Made by a program: the position numbers and the translations under genes
Shown: positions 36,836 through 46,489 of the stretch, piece after piece
How positions within the stretch are numbered: position 1 is the first letter of the stretch
Layout: every line of letters begins with the position of its first letter
Assembly (NCBI GenBank): GCA_947311255.1
Contig: CAMZKL010000043.1
Location: 1,685-65,684 of the forward strand
DNA: 64,000 nt
Direction of reading: 5' to 3'
DNA from: an uncultured Chlorobiota bacterium
Lineage (GTDB): Bacteria > Bacteroidota > Bacteroidia > Bacteroidales > JAADGE01
Notes under the pieces: model-generated
Seen by the model: only the letters and a program-made list of their open reading frames with translations
What the model was told of the DNA's origin: nothing
The model's database searches: none

Positions 36836-37285
36836 TTATTTTGCAGCAGCTACGTCTTCAACCGTTACATTGTCAAAATTATTATCCCATGCATGATTAA
36901 CATAATTTGTTACATCTGCAATTTCTTGGTCAGATAGTTGATCTTTGAAAGCAGCCATTGCTGTACCTTCAGCTCCATTTAAAACAATTTTTAGGTCTAT
37001 TGCTTTTCCTTTTAATGCTGGGAATGTTTCGCCCATTCCTTCGCCATTTTCTTGATGACAAACTTGGCATTTACTTACATAAACAGTTTTTCCTGCTGTA
37101 TAATCTACAACTTCTGTAACTTCTTCTGTTACTTCTTCTACTTTTTTGTCTAATTCTTCTGTTGCTTGATTTGTTAAATCATTTGCAGTTTTTTCAGCAT
37201 CTTCTTCGCTTCCGCAAGAAACAAATACTGTTGATAAACTGAAAATAAATAATACAGCTAGTAATGATAATGTTAATTTTTTCAT
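36836..37285 (-). CDS. Class I c-type cytochrome, exported
   Basis: ATG at 37285 gives signal MKKLTLSLLAVLFIFSLSTVFVSC. Haem-binding CQVCH and a distal Met region GTAMAAF. The ORF-track N-terminal extension was rejected. Confidence 0.85.
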   Translation of the reverse strand: MKKLTLSLLAVLFIFSLSTVFVSCGSEEDAEKTANDLTNQATEELDKKVEEVTEEVTEVVDYTAGKTVYVSKCQVCHQENGEGMGETFPALKGKAIDLKIVLNGAEGTAMAAFKDQLSDQEIADVTNYVNHAWDNNFDNVTVEDVAAAK

Positions 37286-37385
37286 GATACCTTTTTTTGA
37301 TTTAAAATTAAATATTAATATAAAATTGTTACGCAAAATTATAAAAAACTTTATTTGCTACAAATTTATTTGTTTTTGATTAAAA

Positions 37386-37420
37386 TAAAAAAAGAGAGGA
37401 TTAAAGCCTCTCTTTTTTTA
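37386..37420 (-). terminator. Intrinsic terminator after the 285-aa lipoprotein gene
   Basis: AAAAAAAGAGAGGATTAAAGCCTCTCTTTTTTT: 7-bp GC-containing stem flanked by an A-run and a T-run. Confidence 0.8.
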
Positions 37421-37438
37421 TTTTATATTTTTATAAAA

Positions 37439-38296
37439 TTATTTTGTTGTAGGTGCAACATCTTGAATTTTATAAGTCATGTCAGTTATTAATTTATTTT
37501 CAGAAACATTTCCAACTTTTATTAATCCTGAAAGACCTGCTTCAGTTTTAAAATAAATTAAGTCTCCTGTTGCAAGATTTGTCATACCAGCTAAGTCAGC
37601 ATTAGCAGCTCCAGATGTTAAACTTGCATAATCAACAGCACTATAATCAGTACCAGCTCCTGAAATAAATAATGTATTAGGAGAATTCCAAGATGACATA
37701 TCTAAACCAGCATCAAAATGATTTATTCCTGCTGCAACAGCACCAGCAACTGAATATATAGAAGCATTTCCTGAATCTCCCCAGTAATGTAATAAATCAA
37801 TACTTGTTTGATTTGCAGTAGCTTCTGATGCTTTATATACAGTAGCATTAGCTAAATCAATAAAACTTGCAGGAGTATCATTTTGGTCTCCAAGAGTTAC
37901 TGTATTTTCTGTAATTTGGTCATCAATAGTAACGGTTACTTTTCCTTTTTTAGATTGACCTTCTTTATCTTCAACTAATACTTCAAAAACAAAAGTTTCA
38001 GTTACATCATTCCCTGGTATTACAACAGTTCCCGCATGTGCAGTTTTACTATCAAAGTTTTTAGTTATAGGTGTTCCATACCCTGCATCACCTTTAAGAA
38101 AAGAAATTTTTTCTAATTCACCCTCTGCTTTTACAGAGTAAGTAATTGTAACTTCTGTTCCTGCTATAACAGTTACATCTCCACTACTAATAGTAACTTC
38201 AGGTGGAGCAACTGCAGCTGGTTCAGGTTTGCAGCTTGTTACGAAAGCAGCTGTTATTGCAAAAAAAGCAACAAATAATAAATTTAATTTTTTCAT
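37439..38296 (-). CDS. Hypothetical lipoprotein, Thr/Ala/Gly-rich
   Basis: 285-aa ORF with lipoprotein signal MKKLNLLFVAFFAITAAFVTSC. Composition is visibly less AT-rich than its neighbours. No motif recognised. Confidence 0.7.
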   Translation of the reverse strand: MKKLNLLFVAFFAITAAFVTSCKPEPAAVAPPEVTISSGDVTVIAGTEVTITYSVKAEGELEKISFLKGDAGYGTPITKNFDSKTAHAGTVVIPGNDVTETFVFEVLVEDKEGQSKKGKVTVTIDDQITENTVTLGDQNDTPASFIDLANATVYKASEATANQTSIDLLHYWGDSGNASIYSVAGAVAAGINHFDAGLDMSSWNSPNTLFISGAGTDYSAVDYASLTSGAANADLAGMTNLATGDLIYFKTEAGLSGLIKVGNVSENKLITDMTYKIQDVAPTTK

Positions 38297-38814
38297 AATT
38301 TAAATAATTTAGTTAAATAAAATAATTAATCGTTTTTTATATTTATAAAAATTCAATCAAAAAACGTTTAAAACGCTTATTGATTGTGCAAAATTAAAAA
38401 AAAATGTTAAAATTTATTAAAATATCGTAGCTTTATTCTTAAATATTTAATTAAAAACAATTAAATATAGTCCTAATAAACTAACAATAAGAATATTACA
38501 AGAGAATAAAGTTTGAATATTTTTTTGAGAAAATGTTAAAAAAACTTAATTTTTTAAAAAAAATGCAACTTTTATAGTATTTTCTACTATTTATATTATA
38601 GTCAATGCAACATTTATTAAAAAAAAAACGTATATTGTAAGAAAGTAATAAAACATAGTTTTGTTAGATTACTTAAATTAGGTACACATTTTCATACTTA
38701 AAAAAAATGTAAGTACTTTCTTAAATTATTACATAATTGTATGATTATTAGTATTAAGGAAAATATTTAATACTAAATAAAAATTACACAAAAACACAAG
38801 ATATCCAAATAACT

Positions 38815-39678
38815 ATGAGACAATTAAAAATATCCAAATCCATAACCAACCGAGATAGTGCTTCATTAGACAAATACCTACAAGATATTGGCAAGGTAGA
38901 TTTAATCTCTGTTGAAAAAGAAGTAGAACTTGCCCAAAGAATTAGAAAGGGAGACCAAGATGCTCTAAGGCAACTTACAGAAGCAAATCTTAGGTTTGTA
39001 GTTTCTGTTGCAAAGCAATACCAACACCAAGGTTTAAGTTTGCCTGATTTAATTAATGAAGGGAACTTAGGTTTAATGAAAGCTGCCAAGAAATTTGACG
39101 AAACAAGAGGTTTTAAATTTATTTCTTATGCTGTATGGTGGATAAGACAATCTATTTTACAGGCTCTTGCAGAACAGTCTAGAATTGTAAGACTTCCTCT
39201 AAATCAAGTTGGTTCTGTGAATAAAATATATCGTTTTTTTTCTGAGTTTCAGCAAAAGTATAACAGAGAACCTACAACACGAGAAATATCTGAGGAATTA
39301 GATATTACTACTAAAAAAATATTTCAGGTTCTTAAAGCTGCGGGAAAACATATGTCTATGGATGCACCGCTTACAACAGATTCTGACAGTAATAGCCTAA
39401 TTGATATAATGGAAAACGAAGGGATTGATCCTTCTGACAATTATTTAATTAGAGAATCTTTGCTACAAGAAATTGAACGTGCCTTATCAACTTTACCAGA
39501 GAGAGAGGCTTTAATTATTAAACATTTTTTTGGTGTGAACGATAAGGAATTGTCATTACGAGAGATTGGGGATAAACTTGGGCTTACCAGAGAGCGAGTA
39601 AGACAATTAAAAGAACGTGCTTTAAGAAAACTTAGAAAAAACTCACGAAGTAAACATTTAAAAACTTTTTTGGGTTAG
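38815..39678 (+). CDS. rpoD: Primary RNA polymerase sigma factor (Bacteroidota-type sigma-70)
   Basis: 287-aa ORF with conserved regions DLINEGNLGLMKAAKKFD, FISYAVWWIRQSI and LREIGDKLGLTRERVRQLKERAL. Confidence 0.95.
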   Translation: MRQLKISKSITNRDSASLDKYLQDIGKVDLISVEKEVELAQRIRKGDQDALRQLTEANLRFVVSVAKQYQHQGLSLPDLINEGNLGLMKAAKKFDETRGFKFISYAVWWIRQSILQALAEQSRIVRLPLNQVGSVNKIYRFFSEFQQKYNREPTTREISEELDITTKKIFQVLKAAGKHMSMDAPLTTDSDSNSLIDIMENEGIDPSDNYLIRESLLQEIERALSTLPEREALIIKHFFGVNDKELSLREIGDKLGLTRERVRQLKERALRKLRKNSRSKHLKTFLG

Positions 39679-39694
39679 TGTTGATGGTATAATA

Positions 39695-39727
39695 AAAAAG
39701 CCCACGACTAAAGTCGTGGGTCTATTT
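39695..39727. terminator. Bidirectional intrinsic terminator between rpoD and the convergent gene
   Basis: AAAAAAGCCCACGACTAAAGTCGTGGGTCTATTT: 8-bp GC-rich stem CCCACGAC/GTCGTGGG. Confidence 0.85.
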
Positions 39728-39762
39728 ATGTTTTAATCCTATTTTAAGGGGACTTCTAAAAA

Positions 39763-40830
39763 TTATCTTATAAAAACTTTTTTAGAAACAAATCCTTTGT
39801 TTGTTAAAAGTCTAATTAAATATATTCCTGTTTTTACTGAATTATTAAGTTTAATTGTGTTTGAAGGTAAATTCTTTTGATTATAAACTTCTTGCCCAAT
39901 TGTGTTAATGACATCAACTTTAATTACTTTAACATCAGATTCCGAAATTATTTTAAACCCATCTTCTAATCCGATAATTTTTATATCATCATTAAAAATT
40001 TCATTAATTCCTGTAAAAACTGAATATTCTCCACCTGAAAAATCACCAAATTGATTTAGTGCAGATTCGTTAATTTGGTTTCCAGAAATAAGATTTAATA
40101 CATACCATTGAGAAGGGATGTAATAACCAGCATAAATATTTGCGTCATTTCCTGCAATGTCTCCTGCAACAAAATCTAGTGTTACATCATATTCAGGATT
40201 TGTTATTCCGCTTGCTGACAATTTCCAATATCTGTTCAGATAATCATTAGTACTTGAATTATTAGGATGTTTTGAGTTTTGAACATTTACTGCAAGACTT
40301 GCATTTGAATATGTTCCACTAGTCATTTCAATTGAGGCGGGAGTATAATCATTACTTCCTGTAATATCTCCTACTGGAAAAAGATATGTTCCGTTAGAAG
40401 AAATTCCTCTTATAAGATTGCCTGATGTGTTAGAAACAAACATACAAGCATTATCAAAAGAGCCGTTTAATACTGAGCCGTCTTCTAATGTTAAAGTGCT
40501 TGATTGTAGGTCAATAATACCGTTTTGCATATTTAACTCATCTGTTACCGATACATTATTGTTTAAAAGCAAACCAACGTTATCTACATATAATTTTTTA
40601 AATTGAATTGCTGAGCTACCGTTTATTTCTTGTTCTGATGAGCCTGCAAATTTTACATCTCCATTTAAAATTACATCAGAAGAATTGTTCTTAAAATCTG
40701 TACCTTCGGATAAAACTAAACCTGTATTATCTGACATATTAAAAGAGGTTCCGGAAGCAATAAAAATTTCTTGCCCAAAAAAAGACAAGTTCATTTGCAG
40801 TATAAATGCAATTATTATTATTTTATTCAT
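39763..40830 (-). CDS. Secreted hypothetical protein with T9SS C-terminal sorting domain
   Basis: 355-aa ORF with a signal peptide. C-terminus VINTIGQEVYNQKNL...KTGIYLIRLLTNKGFVSKKVFIR. Confidence 0.8.
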   Translation of the reverse strand: MNKIIIIAFILQMNLSFFGQEIFIASGTSFNMSDNTGLVLSEGTDFKNNSSDVILNGDVKFAGSSEQEINGSSAIQFKKLYVDNVGLLLNNNVSVTDELNMQNGIIDLQSSTLTLEDGSVLNGSFDNACMFVSNTSGNLIRGISSNGTYLFPVGDITGSNDYTPASIEMTSGTYSNASLAVNVQNSKHPNNSSTNDYLNRYWKLSASGITNPEYDVTLDFVAGDIAGNDANIYAGYYIPSQWYVLNLISGNQINESALNQFGDFSGGEYSVFTGINEIFNDDIKIIGLEDGFKIISESDVKVIKVDVINTIGQEVYNQKNLPSNTIKLNNSVKTGIYLIRLLTNKGFVSKKVFIR

Positions 40831-40946
40831 AGTTTATGGTTTTAAAAAATTCAATACAAACTTAGTAAAAAAATAATTTATTAAAATGTTTATCTATCAT
40901 TATTTGATAGAAAGTACTTTATACTTGATTAAAATGCTATATTGCC

Positions 40947-42776
40947 CTATGAAAATAACTTCTTAACTAAATCTTTTCGTTTCATTTTCATAAGTTTATC
41001 TTTTATTTTTTGTCTATATTCTTTTTTGTACCAAAAGAAAAACATTCGTTGAGATAATTTTTGTTCTTTACTTCTTGCTGTATAAACTTTTTCAAGAGTA
41101 TAAGGATGGTATCCAGAATAATAAATTATTGCTGCAACAGTCATTGGAGTAGGAGTTAAGTCTTGAACTTGTTCTAATTGAAAATCTAGTTTTTTAGTTT
41201 TTCCTGCAAGTTCTGCCATATCAGTATCTTTGCTCCCTGGGTGACTTGAAATAAAATAAGGAATAATTTGTTGCTTGAGTCTTAAATCTTTATTTATTTT
41301 ATCAAAATATTCTTTAAATTTATAAAACAAATTAAAACTTGGTTTACGCATGATTTTAAGAACCTTGTCTTCTGTATGCTCTGGAGCAACTTTAAGCCTA
41401 CCTGATACATGGTATTTTATGAGTTCTTTTGAATATTCTTCTTTATCTTTGTTTATTTTACCATTTTTATCAAAAAGCATATCGTAGCGAATTCCACTTC
41501 CAATAAAAGCGTGTTTAATTTTAGGATGTTTACGAGTTTTTTTATAAATATTTGTTAGTGCAGAATGATTTGTATTCAAATTAAAGCAAATTTCAGGGAA
41601 AATACATGAAGGACGTTTACATTTTTCACAAATTTTTAAATCGTTGCCTTGCATTTTATACATATTTGCAGAAGGTCCTCCCAAATCGCTAATTGTTCCT
41701 TTAAAATCGGGCATATTTGCAATAGAATCAACTTCTTTTAAAATTGATTTTTCTGAACGGCTTGAAACAAATTTCCCTTGATGTGCAGAAATTGTACAAA
41801 AACTGCATCCTCCAAAACAACCTCTGTGCATATTAACTGAGAATTTAATCATTTCATATGCAGGAATATTGCCTTTTCCTTTATATTTGGGATGAGGGAG
41901 GCGTGTATAAGGCAAATCATAAAAACTATCCAACTCTTTTTCACTTATTAAAGGATGTGGAGGATTGACAGTTATTGAAAACTCTCCAACTCTTTGCTCT
42001 AATATTTTTGCATGAATCATATTAGATTGAATTTCAATTTGCTTGAAATTTTGAGCAAACTTTTTTTTATCTTTTATACAATCTTCATGGCTATTAAGAT
42101 AAATAATAGCTTTTTTTGATTTTGTTTTTTTTAAACTTGGTACATTTTGAGTTAAATATACAGTTTGCGGAATGTTCTTCATGCTTGAAATTGGCACACC
42201 TTTATCTGCAAGCCTAGCAATTTCAGCAATTGATTTTTCTCCGTTTCCATAGACTAATAAATCTGCACCACTTTCAATAATTACTGATGGTTTTAGGGTG
42301 TCAGACCAATAATCGTAATGCGTTAAACGTCTTAAAGATGCTTCAATGCCACCGATAATTATGGGAGTTTCAGGAAATATTTTTTTTAATATTTGAGTGT
42401 AAACTGTTACTGCATAATCTGGTCTAAACCCAGCTTTTCCACCAGCTGTGTAGGCATCATTGGAACGAAGTCGTTTGTTTGCTGTATAATGGTTTATCAT
42501 ACTGTCCATATTTCCGGCAGTTACACCAAAGAATAGTCGAGGTTTTCCTAGTTTTTTAAAATCTCGTAAATCGTCACGCCAGTTTGGTTGTGGAACAATT
42601 GCAACTCTAAGTCCATGTTTTTCAATTATTCTTCCAATAACAGCAGCTCCAAATGCCGGGTGGTCGATATATGCATCTCCGGAAAAAAGGATAACATCAA
42701 GTTGTTCCCACGCTAAAGTTTTAAGTTCTTTTTTTGTTGTGGGAAGAAAGTCGGTTATTTTATATGTTTTAGTCAA
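40947..42776 (-). CDS. ygiQ: YgiQ-family radical SAM protein (UPF0313)
   Basis: 609-aa ORF with N-terminal domain LDVILFSGDAYIDHPAFGAAVIGR and radical SAM cluster motif CFGGCSFC. The annotated start codon is TTG. Confidence 0.88.
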   Translation of the reverse strand: MTKTYKITDFLPTTKKELKTLAWEQLDVILFSGDAYIDHPAFGAAVIGRIIEKHGLRVAIVPQPNWRDDLRDFKKLGKPRLFFGVTAGNMDSMINHYTANKRLRSNDAYTAGGKAGFRPDYAVTVYTQILKKIFPETPIIIGGIEASLRRLTHYDYWSDTLKPSVIIESGADLLVYGNGEKSIAEIARLADKGVPISSMKNIPQTVYLTQNVPSLKKTKSKKAIIYLNSHEDCIKDKKKFAQNFKQIEIQSNMIHAKILEQRVGEFSITVNPPHPLISEKELDSFYDLPYTRLPHPKYKGKGNIPAYEMIKFSVNMHRGCFGGCSFCTISAHQGKFVSSRSEKSILKEVDSIANMPDFKGTISDLGGPSANMYKMQGNDLKICEKCKRPSCIFPEICFNLNTNHSALTNIYKKTRKHPKIKHAFIGSGIRYDMLFDKNGKINKDKEEYSKELIKYHVSGRLKVAPEHTEDKVLKIMRKPSFNLFYKFKEYFDKINKDLRLKQQIIPYFISSHPGSKDTDMAELAGKTKKLDFQLEQVQDLTPTPMTVAAIIYYSGYHPYTLEKVYTARSKEQKLSQRMFFFWYKKEYRQKIKDKLMKMKRKDLVKKLFS

Positions 42777-42977
42777 AATAATATTTTATTTTGGACAAAT
42801 ATACTATAAGAATTTAATAATCATATATTACCGTTGTATTGATTTTTTTCACTAAACTCATTGAATAGTTTTAAGTATATAATAAATTTTGAATTATAAA
42901 TACAGAAGTAAAAATCAAGAAGTGTTTTTGGTGTATTTTGAAAATTAATAAATTACAAATTAACAAGTAATTTGTTT

Positions 42978-43172
42978 TCAATTTTTATTTTTCCGCCATG
43001 TAAGTCCAAGAAAAGTAAGAATTCCACCTGTTATAAAAAAATGAAAGTTATTAATTAATGTTTCATTAAAATTTTGTTTTCCTGCCAAAAGCACTATTAT
43101 TCCGGAGCTAATTAAAGTTATTCCGATTACAAGCATAAATATTCTCGCTATTTTTTCTTGTTTTTTAGTCAT
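42978..43172 (-). CDS. Small two-TM membrane protein (hypothetical)
   Basis: 64-aa ORF with a 1-nt start/stop overlap with the upstream gene. Two hydrophobic helices. Confidence 0.5.
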   Translation of the reverse strand: MTKKQEKIARIFMLVIGITLISSGIIVLLAGKQNFNETLINNFHFFITGGILTFLGLTWRKNKN

Positions 43173-43939
43173 TAGATTGTTTTTAGATATTTGTATTTAA
43201 TCCATGCTTTTTTTCCATCGGTTAATTTTATTTCGCACCAATCTCCTGCTTTGTTTTCTATTTTCACTTTAAATCCTTCAAATACTGAGAATATTGTATT
43301 TGCTTTTTCGTCTGGTGAGCTTTTTGCTTGCACTTCATCTTCAATAACAATTGCTAAATTGTGAGAATTTATGTAATTTGTTTGGTATTGCATAAAAAAC
43401 ATTCCGGTTAATGAAAAGAAAAGAACAATTGCTGAAATTAAAAAATATATTTTTTTTAATTTAGTTGTTTGGGATTTTATATACATAAAAAACATAATAA
43501 GAAAAACAACGAATAAGAAAATGCTAATGTAAGCCCAAAAGACAAGCGATAGTAAAAATATTAGATTTTGAAAAAAACTAACAATTGCATTCTCGGGAAG
43601 TATTGCAGGGCGATTTTTTACTCTTAAATTTGCTAATTCAAGATTGTATTTAATATCTTCATTATTAGGGTCCGACAATAATGCTTTTTCATAAAAGCAT
43701 ATGCTTTCGCCAATTTTATTGAGTCTGTAAAATGTGTTTCCAGCATTGTAAAATAAGTCTTTTGATACATATCCTGCCTCTATTATTTCTTGATATTTTT
43801 CTGCTGCTTCTTCAAATTTATTTTGTGAATATAGTTGATTTGCTTCCTTAAATTTTTGTTCATAAAAGTCATTTCCTATTTGGGAAAAGATAGGAAAATT
43901 TAAAACTATTATTGTTATTAGAAATGCTAGTTTTTTCAT
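43172..43939 (-). CDS. TPR + TM + SH3-like protein (BatE-like)
   Basis: 255-aa ORF with a signal peptide, TPR repeats (FYNAGNTFYRLNKIGESICFYEKALLSDPNN), central TM helices, and an SH3-like C-terminus GDWCEIKLTDGKKAWIKYKYL. Confidence 0.7.
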   Translation of the reverse strand: MKKLAFLITIIVLNFPIFSQIGNDFYEQKFKEANQLYSQNKFEEAAEKYQEIIEAGYVSKDLFYNAGNTFYRLNKIGESICFYEKALLSDPNNEDIKYNLELANLRVKNRPAILPENAIVSFFQNLIFLLSLVFWAYISIFLFVVFLIMFFMYIKSQTTKLKKIYFLISAIVLFFSLTGMFFMQYQTNYINSHNLAIVIEDEVQAKSSPDEKANTIFSVFEGFKVKIENKAGDWCEIKLTDGKKAWIKYKYLKTI

Positions 43940-43958
43940 TTTAATAATAAATTTTCAT

Positions 43959-44894
43959 TTAAAACATTCTTTCTTTTTTTAGAACTAATCCTCCTGTTTG
44001 TTCAGACCAAATTATAATTTTCTGACCTTTATATATATTATTTACAAAATGAGGAGCGGCAGCATAAAAAGTTTTTATGCCTGCTTTTCTTGCCTTTTCA
44101 TTATCTTGGATATATTCTGAAAATTCTTTTAATCTTTTATAATAATTATCTTTTTCAATACCATAAATTTCATCATCGTCTCTATGAAATATATAGGGGA
44201 TTCCGTCTTTATCTGTTGATTGCAACAAAATACCATCATCTTTTGCTACTTGTTCACTAAAAATTTTATATGGTAGAACAAGGTTTACTTTTTTGCCGGA
44301 TGCAATTTCTGAATAGTCGAAATTCATTACATAATTTAGAAAATAAATATCTCTTCCTTTAATTTCAACATCTTGTGTTTCAGGCAAATAATCATCACGT
44401 TCATAATCATAAAAATAGATTTTTAGAGATGTTTTATTTTCGATATAATTAACATCCATTATTTCCATTTTTGCAACTATATAACTTTTATCAAGATTTC
44501 GAACAACCGTTTTTAATTCTTTAATTTTGTTTTGGTTGTCGATAAAATCATTTATTCCTGATAAACCTGTTGATATTCCAACAATTGCCCATAGAAGAAT
44601 AAAAATTCCTAGCAAAACAGGTAGTTTGGAAATAATTCCCATAAAAGTCTTTACTAATTCACTAAAAATGGTATATATTTTTTCAATAATTGGTACTCTC
44701 AAATTTCTACTGATTGCTTGATGTGCTAGTTTCCGAATACGCATTGCATTCATTATGGTAAACAGTAGATAAAAAATTAAAAAAAGAAGCATTAAAACGT
44801 ATCCTGTTGTTGTTGTAAACAGAAACAATACAAAGTCTGAGACTGGTTTTAGAAACCAATTAATTTGTTCTAATAATTCTTGTGAGTTATTCAT
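43959..44894 (-). CDS. Hypothetical membrane protein, paralogous C-domain shared with 45085-45705
   Basis: 311-aa ORF with three N-terminal TM helices. The soluble domain contains VNLVLPYKIFSEQVAKDDGILL, matching IKIAFPYKIFTNKIPAKNGKLL in the neighbouring gene. Confidence 0.7.
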   Translation of the reverse strand: MNNSQELLEQINWFLKPVSDFVLFLFTTTTGYVLMLLFLIFYLLFTIMNAMRIRKLAHQAISRNLRVPIIEKIYTIFSELVKTFMGIISKLPVLLGIFILLWAIVGISTGLSGINDFIDNQNKIKELKTVVRNLDKSYIVAKMEIMDVNYIENKTSLKIYFYDYERDDYLPETQDVEIKGRDIYFLNYVMNFDYSEIASGKKVNLVLPYKIFSEQVAKDDGILLQSTDKDGIPYIFHRDDDEIYGIEKDNYYKRLKEFSEYIQDNEKARKAGIKTFYAAAPHFVNNIYKGQKIIIWSEQTGGLVLKKERMF

Positions 44895-45084
44895 AATTTT
44901 ATTATTTTATGAAGTTAATATATTAAATTAAAGCTTTTCTTTTATGCTTATATTTTAATGATTTTACAGTTTTTAATAAATTTAATTGTTCTTAATTATA
45001 GTAGTATTAATTAGAGACTTTAAGTAAAAGTCAATCTTTTATTTCATGAAAGCCCCTAATTACAGTAAAAATTATTAATACTAG

Positions 45085-45705
45085 TTATTCAATATTTTCT
45101 TTTATTTCTATTCCTCCTTTTGAATGAATAATTATTTGATAAATATGTCCTTCTGAGAATTCATTTAATTTATAAATGTCTTGAACCATACTTCCATAGA
45201 TATTTTCAATTTCTTCTGTTTTTCCGGATTTTATTTTTGCAAACAATTCTGTCATTATGTTAATAAAAGAAGTGTCTGCATTGGCATTATTAAAAACTTG
45301 CGGGAATCCGTGCTCGTTGTAATAGTTAAAAAGAAGTTTACCATTTTTTGCAGGTATTTTATTTGTAAAAATTTTGTATGGAAAAGCTATTTTAATTTGT
45401 CTGTTATTTTTTACATCTTTTACCGGAACAACATAAAAGTCGAAAGAAAGTTCTTGACCTTTCAGTGTAATAGTATCAGAAATAAATGCTTCTTTATTTT
45501 CATCTTGTTCATAAAACTTTAATAAGAATGTAATTTTATCTTCATTTTTTTCAATAATTTTAAATCTCAAAGGGACTGTTTCTTCTTTTAAAAAGTGGAT
45601 TTTATCTTCGAGTTTTGTAATTTGTTGTTCTTGATAATCACATCCTATGTATCCAACAACACATAAAATTCCTAAACTTATTAATATAATTATTATCTTC
45701 TTCAT
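45085..45705 (-). CDS. Hypothetical lipoprotein, paralog of the C-domain of 43959-44894
   Basis: 206-aa ORF with signal plus Cys (ILCVVGYIGC). Collinear similarity to the neighbour (see above). Confidence 0.7.
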   Translation of the reverse strand: MKKIIIILISLGILCVVGYIGCDYQEQQITKLEDKIHFLKEETVPLRFKIIEKNEDKITFLLKFYEQDENKEAFISDTITLKGQELSFDFYVVPVKDVKNNRQIKIAFPYKIFTNKIPAKNGKLLFNYYNEHGFPQVFNNANADTSFINIMTELFAKIKSGKTEEIENIYGSMVQDIYKLNEFSEGHIYQIIIHSKGGIEIKENIE

Positions 45706-45711
45706 TACTCT

Positions 45712-46479
45712 TTATTTAATTTCAATCTTTAAACCGTCATATGCAGGGAAAACATTTTTGGGTAATTCTTTTAGTAATTCATTATAAAAACCAAGTTTAT
45801 GACTTATATGCGTTAAATATGCTTTTTTAGGTTTTAGTTCTTTTATTATTTCTAATGCTTCTTCCAGATTAAAATGTGAAATGTGTTTTTTTCGTCTTAA
45901 AGCACTTATTACCAAGACATTTAGTTCTTTAAGTTTTTTCTTTTCTTCATTGCAAAGATAGTTCATATCTGTTAAATATGCAAAATCTTTAATTCTGAAA
46001 CCAAAAACAGGTAATTTGTGATGAGTGCCTCTAATTGGGATTATATTTTCATCTTCAATTTTAAAATCTTTATTTTCAATATTTTGAAAATTCATTTTTG
46101 GAATTCCAGGATAATTTTTTCTTTCAACAACATAGGCAAAATCTCTTGTTTGCAAAGAATTGCATACACGTTCTTCTGCATATATTTCCATAGGTTTTTT
46201 TTGAATATAATTGAAAGCTCTAACATCATCCAAACCACCAATATGGTCTTTATGCTCGTGTGTAAGAAGTATTGCATCAAGTTTTATGATTTTTTCTCGC
46301 AACATTTGTTGTCTAAAATCAGGTCCGGCATCAATCAGTATATTTTTATTATTTACTGAAACTAATGCCGAACTTCTGAGTCGCTTATCTTTTGCATATT
46401 TTGAACTGCAAACCTCACAATCACAGCCAATTAATGGCACTCCTTGTGATGTTCCTGTTCCAAGAAATGTAATTTTCAA
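45712..46479 (-). CDS. MBL-fold metallo-hydrolase
   Basis: 255-aa ORF with motif LLTHEHKDHIGG and N-terminus MKITFLGTGTSQGVP. Confidence 0.85.
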   Translation of the reverse strand: MKITFLGTGTSQGVPLIGCDCEVCSSKYAKDKRLRSSALVSVNNKNILIDAGPDFRQQMLREKIIKLDAILLTHEHKDHIGGLDDVRAFNYIQKKPMEIYAEERVCNSLQTRDFAYVVERKNYPGIPKMNFQNIENKDFKIEDENIIPIRGTHHKLPVFGFRIKDFAYLTDMNYLCNEEKKKLKELNVLVISALRRKKHISHFNLEEALEIIKELKPKKAYLTHISHKLGFYNELLKELPKNVFPAYDGLKIEIK

Positions 46480-46489
46480 AATATTATTT

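Noticed and set aside
36737-36937. 66-aa plus-strand ORF overlapping Family B unit B1 and the 3' end of the cytochrome c gene
   Set aside because: It is antisense to a well-supported gene and to a repeat whose second copy has no such frame, so it is probably a chance ORF in AT-rich DNA.
38297-38814. 518-bp AT-rich spacer upstream of rpoD, examined for an sRNA, riboswitch or repeats
   Set aside because: Only short AT-only hairpins are present (for example TAGTATTAA/TTAATACTA near 38750-38778), with no similarity to Family A or B and no GC-containing structure. There is nothing I can support.
42829-42870. Possible third Family B fragment (GTATTGATTTTTTTCACTAAACTCATTGAATAG versus GTATTTAAACTTTTTAGTCTAAACTCATTATAAT)
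   Set aside because: Only about 30 nt of AT-rich similarity, with no flanking stem or box and not adjacent to a stop codon. It is mentioned only as a lead.
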